Source: Carcharhinus longimanus
Taxonomy: Eukaryota
DNA: 62,645 bases
Assembly (NCBI GenBank): GCA_030264375.1
Contig: JASCQW010000032.1
Location: 26,311,958-26,374,602, forward strand
Direction of reading: 5' to 3'
Shown here: in pieces, positions 38,640-50,399 of the stretch
Layout: each line of letters starts with the position of its first letter
Numbering within the stretch: position 1 is the first letter of the stretch
The notes under the pieces: model-generated
Database searches by the model: none
Told to the model about the DNA's origin: nothing
The model's input: the letters and a program-made list of their open reading frames with translations, nothing else
Program-made: the position numbers and the translations under genes

Positions 38640-39643
38640 GTAGAAATTAATATTGATTCGTTGATTGGTGCGTCTTGACTAATTTTATTGTCATCAGTCA
38701 GTTGTATTTTGTAGTTAATACATTATTAGAGAACCATGTAAGACCAATTAATTCATCAGTTACATTAATATATAAAACTGTAAAATGAAACAATGACATT
38801 GATCAAAAAAATGTTATACCTATGTATCTTATCATATCTTAGAATTTATCTAACAACATACAATTAGGACAGGCCCTTCAGCCCATAATACAATATATTG
38901 TATTATATTATAATTATATATTGTTAGATAAATTCTAAGATATAATAATGAGAAGGATATGATATCTCTTAGCTTTTTTCATTTGTTCTTAGAATATGGA
39001 GTCACTGGAGAAGGTGATAGTGAGCCATCTTCTTGAATCACAGCAATCTGTACATTTATCCATAGTGTGTTAGGGAGAAAGTTCCAGTGGCAATGAAGGA
39101 ACAACGATATATTTCCAGGGTGCTGAGTGACTTGGGTGTTCCCATGCATCTGCTGCCTTAATGAGAAAATTAACTAATCTAGTTGTTCAATATATAGAAC
39201 AAAGATAAGTGCAGCTCAGGAACAGGCCCTTTGGCCCTCCAAGACTGACCCGATAATGATGCTCTGAGTAAACTAAAAAAAAACTTCTGCCCTTACTCGG
39301 ACTGTATCTCTCGAAAGAACAAAGATAAGTACATATATTAATCTAACAGGTGATTCAATGAAATGGACTGCACAAAGATTATAAAACTGGGATGCTTTAT
39401 TCTATTGGCATCAAATCTTTATAAACATAATGGAAAGCTTAAAGTACAGGAAAGCTTAAAGGACAGACGATTTACAGGATATTTGCGATGCACGTTCCAT
39501 CTAACACCATAATCTTAAATTGACCTGTTTTGCCATCTGAAATTTTTTCTTTTATTCTCACTTAAAATTAGTAATTAGCTTTTAACATCAATGATGTTAA
39601 GCAAATGGTTCCTTAAATAATGCATTTCTTATCTTTTGTCTAG

Positions 39644-39793
39644 GGGCTTATGGAAGAGAACAAAGTTCAAATCACAGTTATTAATCCCAAGGCCATCACT
39701 ATGGGCCAACTATATGGACAGTTTGATAAGGTGTCACATGAATGGTCTGATGGCATTCTGGCTGTTAGCTACAGAGCATTTGCTGTTTCTTCT
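39644..39793 (+). CDS. DNAH7: DNAH7 exon 13 in window
   Basis: [50 protein letters not shown]; 150 nt. Confidence 0.95.
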
Positions 39794-40207
39794 GTAAGTG
39801 CTTATGAATTATGTAGCTGTAAAAAACAAATATTAAACTGATGCTATGAAACCCTCAAACAAACAAAATCCTAAGTGTTTAGGATATGCGCTTTCACAAA
39901 AAAAGCTAACCTACTATTGTTAGGTGTCAGGCTTGCTATCCAATTCAGAATGACAGATTCTGCTTCATTGGTAGAAGATCAAGCTCTCAGGAAGCGAGAA
40001 AACATGCACTGGGTCTATGGGAAAAGGATTAACTCTTTTAATGTGTCTAAGTATCAGTGCTTCAGAAGCTCAGGCTTTCATGGCAGGTATTGTTGACATC
40101 TACAGCCTCCTAGCATAAGATTTTCTTCCCAGTGGACCATGTAGGCATGCATCGCTTGTACCCATCAATGGAATACTACTCTTCCCCTCCATTCCCCTGC
40201 AGAAAAT

Positions 40208-40880
40208 ACGGATGCATGGGATTAAGGGTGATTTAGCAGTTTGGATCAGGAATTGGCTATCTGATAGAAGACAGAGGGTGGTGGTTGATGGGAAATATTC
40301 AACCTGGAGTTCAGTTACAAGTGGTGTACCTCAAGGANNNNNNNNNNNNNNNNNNNNNNNNNNNNNNNNNNNNNNNNNNNNNNNNNNNNNNNNNNNNNNN
40401 NNNNNNNNNNNNNNNNNNNNNNNNNNNNNNNNNNNNNCTGTGGAATTCATTCCCACAGGAAGTAGTTGATGCCAAAACATTGAATGTATTCAAGAGGCAG
40501 CTGGATATAGCACTCGGGGTGAACGGGATCAAAGGTTATGGGGAGAAAGCAGGATTAGATTATTGAGTTGGATGATCAGCCATGACGGTAATGATTGGTG
40601 GAGCAGGCTCGAAGGGCCAAATGGCCTCCTCCTGCTCCTATCTTCTATGTTTCTGTGTTAAATGTTGTGAGGGTTTCTGTCTCTACCACCCTTTCAGGTA
40701 GACAGTTCCAGATTCCCACCACCCCTTGGGTGAAAATCTTCTTCCTATTTACCTTTTCTGAATCCCCAGTGATTCTGTACACCTCCATCAGTCCCCCCTC
40801 AGCCTTCTCTGCTCCACGGAAAACAACCCCAGCCTAACCAGCCTGTCTTCACAGCTGAAACACCCCAGCCCAGGCAGTAA
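40208..40880. mobile_element. CR1 LINE fragments (+ then -)
   Basis: HGIKGDLAVWIRNWLSDRRQRVVVDG..SGVPQG; CR1 3' tail. Confidence 0.8.
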
Positions 40881-41251
40881 TAATACAGTGCTTCTAGATT
40901 CAGACCCGATTACTATGAGTACATAGAACAGACCCTGCACAAGAAACATGATGAGAATATATTCCTCAAATGTGCAGTATCATGACAATGGGCTAAACAG
41001 CCTCCTTCTGTACTGTAACAATTATGTGATTCTATAACAATCTGGGTAAATAGGTTTCACCCAGATTCCCTGTTTTATTTTGTCAGTGACTATCTTATAA
41101 CGATGGTCCCCCAGTCCCGTCTCTCCCGAGAATAGAAACATTTTCTCTGCATTTACTCGATCGATTCTTAAAGTTCTCTCTCAGGTCGCCCCAGCGTAAT
41201 CTGTACTAAAGCTGAGTTCCAGTTTGTGCAATCCTTCCTGTTGGTTGTATC

Positions 41252-41503
41252 TATCATGTTTTTATAAGGCGCCAATTGCTCTTAAGGGATTGTGTAAAGC
41301 AGATGTGAGTTCCTTCATTTAGACTCAGAACATGAGAATATTCATACAAGGATAGAAAAGCTGACGAGCTCAGCGGCAGAGCTGTGTGTCTGTGCTCTGC
41401 TCAACACAAAAACAAAACTAAAACTTAATCACATGACATGTTTCCCTTCTAGTGATGTCATTCTGCTTTGCTTAAGGCATAATATGACATTCCCCTCCTT
41501 TTT
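41252..41503 (-). mobile_element. Possible short LTR plus polypurine tract remnant
   Basis: Minus AAAAAGGAGGGGAA immediately followed by TGTCAT (41489); degenerate matching end near 41252. Confidence 0.4.
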
Positions 41504-41819
41504 GAAGATACTTTTACCCCTTCCAAAGAAGAACTATTTACAACACATCTTCATCTTTATTCACTATTGGATATATTTTGTTCTATTTGTTCAGCATCAC
41601 TCACTGAGCTGACATTTATTGCCCACTCAGAGCATTGAACTGAGTGTCTCACTCAGCTATTTCAGGGGCATTTCAAAGTCAGCCACATTGCTGTGGCTCT
41701 GGAGTCACATATAGGCCAGACTGGGTAAGGAAGGCAGATTTCCTTCCCTAAAGGACGTTAGTGAACAAGATGGGTTTTTATAATAATCGACAATGATTTC
41801 ATGCTCACCATAACTGAGA

Positions 41820-42110
41820 CTCTGCACCCAGTGCAGAGAGGGGCAGGGAAGGAGGAGAACCTCATCATGAACCTGCTCCTGGGTCTGGCCAAACTTGCCA
41901 TCAATGTGCCCAGCCCGACTCTCTGCTCTGTGGTTATCTTCATGGCTGTCTGTCCCTGGAGAGGGAGTGTACAGAGTCTGCCAGTGCCAGTGAGACATTC
42001 CATGCCCAGTGGGCACCACAGTGACCGAGCTTTCATCAGCCCCACAGATCACACTTTGCTTTACACTTTGTTTTGTGTTTGATGCAGTGTCCGTTTATGA
42101 GGCCCTTGAA
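41820..42110 (+). mobile_element. Tx1/L1-type LINE ORF2 C-terminal fragment
   Basis: HPVQRGAGKEENLIMNLLLGLAKLAIN, typical Tx1-type C-terminus. Confidence 0.55.
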
Positions 42111-42529
42111 TTGTTCCTTCATTAGACAGGCACATGAGCAGGATGGAGATGGAGGGATATAGGAGACTGTTTTAAATAAGGTTCGGGAGCCTTGGGACGT
42201 CCCTGGGAATCAATTGATTCCTATGGACCTTCCAACATATTTTCTGGCTCACTTGTCTTACTTTTGCGCTTCTGGGGATTCCCTCGAATGTTTGCATAAG
42301 ATGTGCATGTTATTGATGTTTTTCTCTTTTAATCCACAGGTGCTTTGGTCCGCCTTGTTGTCCAACAAGGGGCATACACACGATGGGTAGTGCGAGGGAT
42401 GCTCTTGGATGTTTCGAGAGTAGCCTAGTACTTCACATTGTTAGTGTACGCTTAAACTGGACCAGATGCTGGACATCACGACAGCTCGGTGACTATCACT
42501 GTTTGCTGTGCAGATAGATGGATTTGGGC

Positions 42530-42795
42530 CAGTGTCTGCGGGAGTTTGCGCATTCCCCCTGCGCTTGCATGGGTTTTCTCCGGGTGCTCCGGTTTCCTCC
42601 CACACCACAAAGGTGTGCTCTTAGGCTGATTGGTGCAACAAATTGTCCCTAAATTAGTCTTCCCTCAATGTGGAATGCCATAAGCATAGACAAGGGTCCT
42701 GGGTGGAGAGGGGACTCATAATGTTAAAATGGCGGCGTGGGCTCATTGGGCCGAAGGGCCTGTTTCCCGCGCTATGTTGTTCTTTGTTCTTTGTT
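42530..42795 (+). mobile_element. V-domain SINE/LINE 3' part
   Basis: V-domain gagtttgcgcattccccc...gggtgctccggtttcctcccac; tail matches 21319-21394. Confidence 0.65.
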
Positions 42796-43369
42796 TACTC
42801 AGAGGTTAGTAAGGGCCTGGAATGCCCTGCCTGCAGCAGTTGTGACTCGCCAACTTTAAGGGCATTCACATGGTCATTGGCTAGGCATATGGATAATATT
42901 GGAATAGTTTAGGTTAAAGGGTCATTAGATTGGTTCCACTGGTTGGCGCAACATCGAGGGCCAAAGGGCCTGTACTACGCTGTAATGTTCTATGTTCTAC
43001 ATTCTATTCCCCTTACCTCCGCCACTACCACCCCTCCACTTTGGATCTTTGCTTTACCCTAACGTTTTGTGGTCCTCCTGCAAAGAGAGAAAACAGAGGT
43101 TCTTGAATATTAGAAATGATTTGCATGGTCTGCGCCTTCGCAGGTCCAAGTGGGACATCCTTTGACAAGGCACTCATGGGCTCCAAAATTCAGAGAAGAC
43201 CTGCTTCAAGCTTTTCAGCTGTCATAGCAACAGAATGAGTAGCCTGTCCCAAGCTTTGCTGAAGCAACTTGGTACATTGCTACTGGGCCTAAAATGTAAT
43301 GAAACGTCCCAAGGTGCTTCACAGGACCTTGGGACAAATAAGACAAATTATGACACCGAGCCATTAAGT

Positions 43370-43700
43370 CAGTTTTTTTTAATCATTCATGGGAATGGCG
43401 TTGCTGTCTGACCAGCATTTATTGCCCATCCCTAGTTGCCCAAAGGCAGTTCAGAGTCAACCACGTTGCTGTTGGCCAGACCAGATAAGGATGGCAGATT
43501 TCCTTCCGTAAAGTGAACCAGATGGGTTTTCCAACAGTGGTTTCATGGTCATCAGTTGATTCTTAATTCCAAACATTTATTTTTATTGAATTCAAATCCC
43601 ACCACCTGCTGTAGCGAGATTTGAACCTTGGTGCTCAGAACAGGAGCTGAATTTCTGGATTAATTGCCTAGCAATAATACCGTGAGACCGTCGCTTCCCC
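43370..43700 (-). mobile_element. tRNA-derived SINE with LINE-derived tail
   Basis: Minus B-box-like GGTTCAAATCT near 43615-43628; related copy at about 41600-41810. Confidence 0.55.
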
Positions 43701-43933
43701 CGTATTAACTGTTACGCAATTTCCAAATCTATAATGTGTAGTTTTATTCATTTTTGTGGCTCTAGAATGGCTTTCAGACTGGATCAAATATCTTAGCTAG
43801 CTCTCCCATAGTAACAGGAAAAGATTTTCAAGTTTTTTTATGAGTTTTTCTGAATTTCCAATTCTTTTGGAAGTTGTATTTAGTTACTCGTGTGTTCTAG
43901 CCGAAATGTAATGAATACTTGTTTTCTAAATAG

Positions 43934-44116
43934 ACTCCGGACAGGAAATGGTTAATCTTTGATGGACCAGTTGATGCTGTCTGGATTGAGAATATGAACA
44001 CTGTGCTAGATGACAACAAGAAACTGTGTCTGATGAGTGGAGAGATCATCCAGATGTCTCCCCAGATGAGTCTTATTTTTGAGCCAATGGATCTGGAAGT
44101 TGCTTCGCCTGCTACT
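43934..44116 (+). CDS. DNAH7: DNAH7 exon 14 in window (AAA2 Walker B region)
   Basis: [61 protein letters not shown]; 183 nt. Confidence 0.96.
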
Positions 44117-44814
44117 GTAAGTAATCATGTATTCATTTTGTTGAAGTATGACAGTGAAGAAGCAAAGAATGGCATTCATGGAGGTGCAGCTCAGACTGAA
44201 GACCATGACACTCTATTCATTAATTTGACTTGATGGAAAATCATTAGTTATGGCAAAGAATTTCCCAACACTTGATCCTTGAACAGTCAGTCATGAAATT
44301 AGCCCTTGGTGTAATACATTTTGTCGATCAAAATTGTTATTTTCAAATGATAAATAGGCAGAAATTTTCCAACTCTTCCTGCCAGCAGGATCTTCCAGTT
44401 GGGGCACGGAGGCAAAGAGCCCGAGCCACCAAAAAGCTGTTGACATCAGTGGTACCAGTAGATCCCACTGTCAGTCAATACTGGGCCACCTCTGCCGATG
44501 CAAAACATGCTGTGAGAGGGGATAGGGAACACAGGAAGGGTCTGAAGATATTTCCATCTTTTAAGAAGTTTTCTGTATTAACAACTTCTACTTGATATAT
44601 TAACAACAGGAATCTCCCCTGAGCTGTCCCATGTCACTGCAACGAGATTGCTGGTTGTATGATTGAAACCCATTTTGTACACATTCTGACAAAGTTACAG
44701 GAGAAATGAAAGCAACTTCAAGGAAATTTCTGGACAATGTAATTTTTGAAACTGGAATTAATGCTAGGTTGCATACTACATTTTTAATGAGAATATCTGT
44801 CCATTATATTTTAG

Positions 44815-44991
44815 GTTTCAAGGTGTGGAATGGTCTACATGGAACCTCTAATGATGGGATGGAAGCCTGTAATGGTATCTTGGATGAATAAAATGCCTGC
44901 TGGCGTACGTCCCATGCACAAGGAATTAGTCGAAGGATTGTTTGACAGAATCGTGCCAGTGTGTCTTCAATTTGTTCGCAAAGCAGCCAGG
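44815..44991 (+). CDS. DNAH7: DNAH7 exon 15 in window; gene continues beyond the window
   Basis: [59 protein letters not shown]|gtaaca; 177 nt. Confidence 0.94.
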
Positions 44992-45319
44992 GTAACAAGC
45001 TGATTATAAGCATTTTATGCTTAAATGAAATGTGATTCCTGAAAACATATCAGCCCATAAGTTCTGATTTTCAGGGCGTAATGTAGGGGAATGAGGGGTT
45101 GGATGGTCCTGGTGGCTCCCCACACCTTCTGCCCCTCAGAAATCCCCACATTAGAATTGCATGGCAATTACCCAGGAAGTTCCCTGCACTGGGAACCACC
45201 AAAACTGATTTAAATCGCAAACTTCAGATGATTTCAACTCTCTTACAGGAATAGATAGCCAGAATCAGTTAGCAGATTTAAACCACTTCTAATTCCTGGG
45301 TAATGATTGCATTGATCCC

Positions 45320-45770
45320 ATCCCTCCCCTCCCACCTCCCCATCTCCTGGCACCTCCACTGGACCTTCAGATCATCTCCCCAAACTCCTCCAGCTACCCT
45401 CCCCATTCCCCTGACTAGCCTCTGATATCCCACCAAACTTCCCATTTATACCTCCCAAATCCAACTACTCTCTTAGCTCTCCAAGGGAATCCCTAACTAT
45501 GCACCAACACCTACCCCTACTGACTAACCTCTCAACTCCTCCTAAGAGCTCCTGACCATACCCCTCATCTCTCCTGATGCACCACAGTTCCATCACTGAC
45601 CAAGTCCCCACTGACCACTTGAACTCCCCAAATGACTCTCGCCCACACTGACCTTCCAAACCCCAGAGTTGGCCACCTCCCTCACTGATCATTGAACTCT
45701 TCCTTACTGATCACCTAAGGCTCCCCACACTGATCATCCCCACTGACCACCTAACATCCCAACCCATCCT
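45320..45770. repeat. C-rich low-complexity degenerate tandem repeat
   Basis: Recurrent cccactgacc/cactgatc units. Confidence 0.55.
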
Positions 45771-45789
45771 ATTTCCTATATGACCTATA

Positions 45790-46145
45790 GGGATTATTAT
45801 TTAAAAGGTGAAAAGCTGCAGCATGCTACGGTGCAGAGGGACCTGGGGGTCCTTGTGTGCGAGTTGCAAAAACCCAGTCAGCAGATGCAGCAGGTGATCA
45901 AGAAGGCGAATGGAATGTTGGCCTTTATAGCGAGGGGGTTAGAATATAAAAGTAGGGAGGTCTTGCTGCAACTGTACAGGGTNNNNNNNNNNNNNNNNNN
46001 NNNNNNNNNNNNNNNNNNNNNNNNNNNNNNNNNNNNNNNNNNNNNNNNNNNNNNNNNNNNNNNNNNNNNNNNNNNNNNNNNNAGGCTTGAAGGGCTAGAT
46101 GGCCTACTCCTGCTCCTATTTCTTATGTTCTTACGTTCTTATGTC
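45790..46145 (+). mobile_element. CR1 LINE fragment
   Basis: QRDLGVLV...IKKANGMLAFIARGLEYKSREVLLQLYR plus tail. Confidence 0.85.
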
Positions 46146-46595
46146 CCTTCAATCCTGCCACCCTCCTCCCACCCCTCCCCCATTCTACCCATTTACCTTA
46201 TACATTTAGTTTCTCCTTGTCCTCTCAAATGGCTGGACCTTTAAACTCAGTGGTGTAAAAAGATGCCTGCCTACCTTTCCCCCAACTCTCTTGCACTCAA
46301 CAGAAGGCCTTGGAAACATGCTACACTTCAGTTTTCTCACCTGGCCTAGGATGGAAGGTTGGGCAAGAAAGGTATGGCTGTGGAGTGGCAATCCGACTGT
46401 GATTAACACTCCATGGAGGTTACGGCTCAATATAATTTTCATACAGATCTGCTTTATATTCACATTCTCAACCCATCATGACCTATCACTTTTTCTGCAG
46501 GAATTTATGAAAAACAAAACATAACCTAATGGTGCAACCATTATAAAACGCCACGGTCTAACACAGGGCCTGCAATTATGACAAGAAGAAACATT

Positions 46596-46753
46596 GGTTG
46601 AAATTTTTTGGCCCTTCCTGCTGGGGGGATCCTGTGGTCCCCGCTGATGGAATCCCAGGTGTGAGCCACAGAAAAGGCCATTGACATTGGTGGGATTGAA
46701 AGAACCTGCCACTAGCCAATGGGTGAGCTGCCTCTGTTATGGAAAATTCTGCC
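46596..46753. mobile_element. Harbinger-type MITE, second family (related copies about 10280-10478 and 44357-44555)
   Basis: GGTTGAAATTTT / GGAAAATTCTGCC TIRs; shared interior ccattgaca..gg.ggga..a.agaa..ctgcc. Confidence 0.55.
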
Positions 46754-47160
46754 AATTATTTAAAATTTAAACAAAAACAACATAAGAGTCACGATACTGT
46801 TATTCAAATCCCAGTAAGAATAAAAAACAAAGTAGTAGAGACACGTTTATGGATTTTGGATGCAACACAATTTTGCTGACACCCATAATCATATATGTAT
46901 TAATATCAAAGAGGACTTCTGATTATCAACATTTTAAAGATTTTGAAAATTGTTCATTGATTGATGCTTTCTCTAAGTACAATGCTAATGGAAATTTTAA
47001 ACAACAAAACAAGACATTTAATTAACAGCAGCTCCTGCTTAAATGAAAGAAATACTCTTTTTATGATCTTTGAATAGTCTCCCAAGATTATTAGAAGATT
47101 TGGTTAGGGAAAAATAGCATTTTTTTTAAGTAGACAAAGTTTGAGATTCAAGACATTTGC

Positions 47161-47977
47161 TGATATAATAAAATCGCGAGATTTGATAGGTTTTGAACAA
47201 ACAAAAATAAACTTTACTACACAAGGTGGAGACTGGGGTTTCCTCTTGAGGCTATAGATTGTTCAAACTTAAGCTAATACAGAGACTCAAAATGCAGTGT
47301 ACTGATTTTTAAGATGTGACTTTATTTAACCAAACAAATGGGAGAATGATGTAAGAAACACTCAAGGTAAAGAATACGGGCAGCCTATCAATCTAAAGAA
47401 CAATGCCCTTGTGAAGGCAATTATACATTTCCCAAATCATGTTGCCACCTTTCTGGTGGACATTATCTATTAAATGAGTCAGCAACCATCCTGTCATTAA
47501 CTCCAGCCAATAACAATACACATCCTGACCTCATGGGACTTCATTTGTCATTAATTACGGACATTGCCTCCTTTCTGTTGCCCAGCAATATGGGACGTGG
47601 GACAGTGAAATGGGAGAATGATTCCTATTAAACTGAACCCACGTGACTCCCGTCTGACTCTGAAAAATTCTTTCTGTCTGCTGCCACTTGTGTTATAACT
47701 CAAAGTTATCTGACTCTATTCATAAAGTTGGCATTAGTAGCCATTTTGTCCCTGACAGCTGCTGATAAGGTAGCCTACTTTCAGAAGAATGATTGTTGTC
47801 TGGAATGCAGGTCCCTGCCTCATCCATCAAGCCCTGCTGTGTTTTGCTGTTGGCTGTAATTTTACAAAATTTCACTTAAACCAAACCACATCTGCCTTAT
47901 AAATTCTAGATAAAATGTTTTATAAATGAAAAATACTCATTATTCATATAGAGTTGTCTCCTATAAAACAGCCTTCA
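47161..47977 (-). repeat. Putative 3' LTR of ERV A
   Basis: Starts TG two bases after the PPT (minus); probable CA end at 47161; the left boundary is inferred because no second LTR is available. Confidence 0.5.
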
Positions 47978-48010
47978 GTCCCCCCGTTGGCCAAGGACCA
48001 ACTAAGGCCA

Positions 48011-49450
48011 CTAAATTGATATATATAAGTAACTAATCTTAGTTTTACTAAGTATTTCGACTTTCCCCTTCCTTACCCTACCTGCCATCACTGATGCTGT
48101 TCCTCTGGTGGACTTAGAAAGTTGTGCACTTCCATATTTGATCAGGGATACAATTACTACTAACACTAGGATTACAATGAAAATAATATAATCCCTTCCA
48201 GGGTCGATGTACTCGGAGAGCCTATCCAGCCTGAGAGCCAACCACCTGAGGTAAATGGTTCAGGGTCTTTGAGTTTCTCCACCTTCTTATTGATGTGTAC
48301 AACCAAATTAGTTACGTTTTCTGAACTGTCTGGTATGTAACTGCAACATGTTGATCGAATTACTCACATGTCCCTCCCCTTGCTGCCAAGACATAATCCA
48401 ATGCCATTATAGTCCCTCTGTATACATGCAACCATCTCACCATTGAACTTCGCGAGGGCAGTTTCTGAATTGGCAACTTGTTCCCAACGGAGTGCACAAT
48501 TATCTCTCATATTGTTCTAACAACTCCATATTGGGTAAGTATTATGCCAAAAATCATTCTCCTTCTGTCATAGCTCGCCGATGTCTTGGCAGATGAGGGA
48601 GTTTATATGTGTACGGAAGTTTCTTTAGGGTAACAAGATCCCTTCCATCCAACAGGGAGCCAAGCANNNNNNNNNNNNNNNNNNNNNNNNNNNNNNNNNN
48701 NNNNNNNNNNNNNNNNNNNNNNNNNNNNNNNNNNNNNNNNNNNNNNNNNNNNNNNNNNNNNNNNNNNNNNNNNNNNNNNNNNNNNNNNNNNNNNNNNNNN
48801 NNNNNNNNNNNNNNNNNNNNNNNNNNNNNNNNNNNNNNNNNNNNNNNNNNNNNNNNNNNNNNNNNNNNNNNNNNNNNNNNNNNNNNNNNNNNNNNNNNNN
48901 NNNNNNNNNNNNNNNNNNNNNNNNNNNNNNNNNNNNNNNNNNNNNNNNNNNNNNNNNNNNNNNNNNNNNNNNNNNNNNNNNNNNNNNNNNNNNNNNNNNN
49001 NNNNNNNNNNNNNNNNNNNNNNNNNNNNNNNNNNNNNNNNNNNNNNNNNNNNNNNNNNNNNNNNNNNNNNNNNNNNNNNNNNNNNNNNNNNNNNNNNNNN
49101 NNNNNNNNNNNNNNNNNNNNNNNNNNNNNNNNNNNNNNNNNNNNNNNNNNNNNNNNNNNNNNNNNNNNNNNNNNNNNNNNNNNNNNNNNNNCCTTCACAC
49201 AAGTTTCGACCATTGGTCATTGTTAAACAAGCAAAATTCAATTACATCTTGCAGTACAGTCACGGTACACTTGATGTGATCTTCTTGTCATCGATGTTGG
49301 GTGTCGTCCTGTTGTCCTGCCACTGAGAAGTGGACTTGGGCTTGATTTGTCTTCTTTTTTCAAGAGCTCTCACAACTCTAGGAAACAGAAGTCTGATGCC
49401 TCGCAGCCTTGAGTTAGTTCTTTATCAATTCAATCATTCCTATCTCTTCC
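48011..49450 (-). pseudogene. env: env pseudogene (class I fusion, gamma-type TM), partly in N gap
   Basis: Furin site RHRR 48575-48586; ISD-like MALDYVLAARGGTC; CX6CC at 48343-48368 with a 1-nt deletion; hydrophobic IIFIVILVLVVIVSLI. Confidence 0.85.
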
Positions 49451-49599
49451 CCTCTAATACCTCCCCTGATTATTTTGTGCTGTTATCCAATCTAAGTGAA
49501 GTTCTCAAGCTACTACAAGAGCCATTATTACTCCCTGTTCAGAAGGATTATTAATCCACTGGGGTGATCTATTGATACTTACCACTTCGGGAGTAATCA

Positions 49600-50154
49600 T
49601 TGAGATATGGTTTTAACTGAGTCCAGTGTCACCACCGCGGCTTGTGTTTCTCATCAGTGAGGGCACATGTTTGTCCTGCAATAATTACGTTATGAGGGTG
49701 TCCCCAATTGAGCCTAGCCCTTTCCTGTCTATCATGAGTTTCACCATTACCTTATTCCTTAGGAATGTTCTCCTCTGCGGGTTTCGTCAGTCTCTGTGTT
49801 GCTGTAGGGTAACCATCTATCTTTTAAAAGAATGTAAATGATTAATAAAATCTCTTGTTCACTGAAACACTGCGCTTCGCCTGATTTCAAGTTCTCCCTC
49901 ACCCGATATCGCATCCCCTGGGAGATGCATTGCTCTTCCTGTCATCAGTTCAAAAGGGGTTAACCCTGTTCCTCAAGAAGGAATAGCTCTTTGTCATAAC
50001 AATATTGCAGGCAAAGCCCGCACCCACATTGGCTAGACTGTATTTAACATCCTGTTCATGTGTTCTATCATTCCTGAACTCTGAGGGTGGTATGGTATGT
50101 GAAATATTTGCTTTATTCCCAACATTTTACAGGTTTCTCTTAAAAATTTCCCTG
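49600..50154 (-). pseudogene. pol: Integrase core/C-terminal pseudogene of ERV A
   Basis: GKFLRETCKMLGIKQIFHIPYHPQSSGMIEHMNRML...WVRALPAILL*QRAIPS*GTGLTPFELMTGRAMHLP. Confidence 0.85.
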
Positions 50155-50225
50155 NNNNNNNNNNNNNNNNNNNNNNNNNNNNNNNNNNNNNNNNNNNNNN
50201 NNNNNNNNNNNNNNNNNNNNNNNNN

Positions 50226-50388
50226 CCATGTTAAATTGCCCCTGACTGGCCCAAGATTGAAGGCTATGGGGGATTAGCGGGGTAAATACATGGGGTTACG
50301 GGGATAGGCCTAGATAAGTTGCTCTGTGGTCCTGTCTTGATGGGCCAAATGGCCTTCTTCTGCAGTGTAGGGATTCTATGATTCTATG
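50226..50388 (+). mobile_element. HE1-type SINE 3' end
   Basis: ccatgttaaattgcccc...gggattctatgattctatg. Confidence 0.7.
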
Positions 50389-50399
50389 AAAAAACACAA

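Larger units (their letters stand above)
47161..50154 (-). mobile_element. Endogenous retrovirus A, 3' portion (integrase, gamma-type env, PPT, 3' LTR), defective
   Basis: Minus: integrase HIPYHPQSSGMIEHMNR...GLTPFELMTGRAM; env WLPVGWKGSCY, RHRR, MALDYVLAARGGTC..STCCSYIPD, TM helix; PPT GGGGGG-AC-TGAAGG at 47977-47985. Confidence 0.85.
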
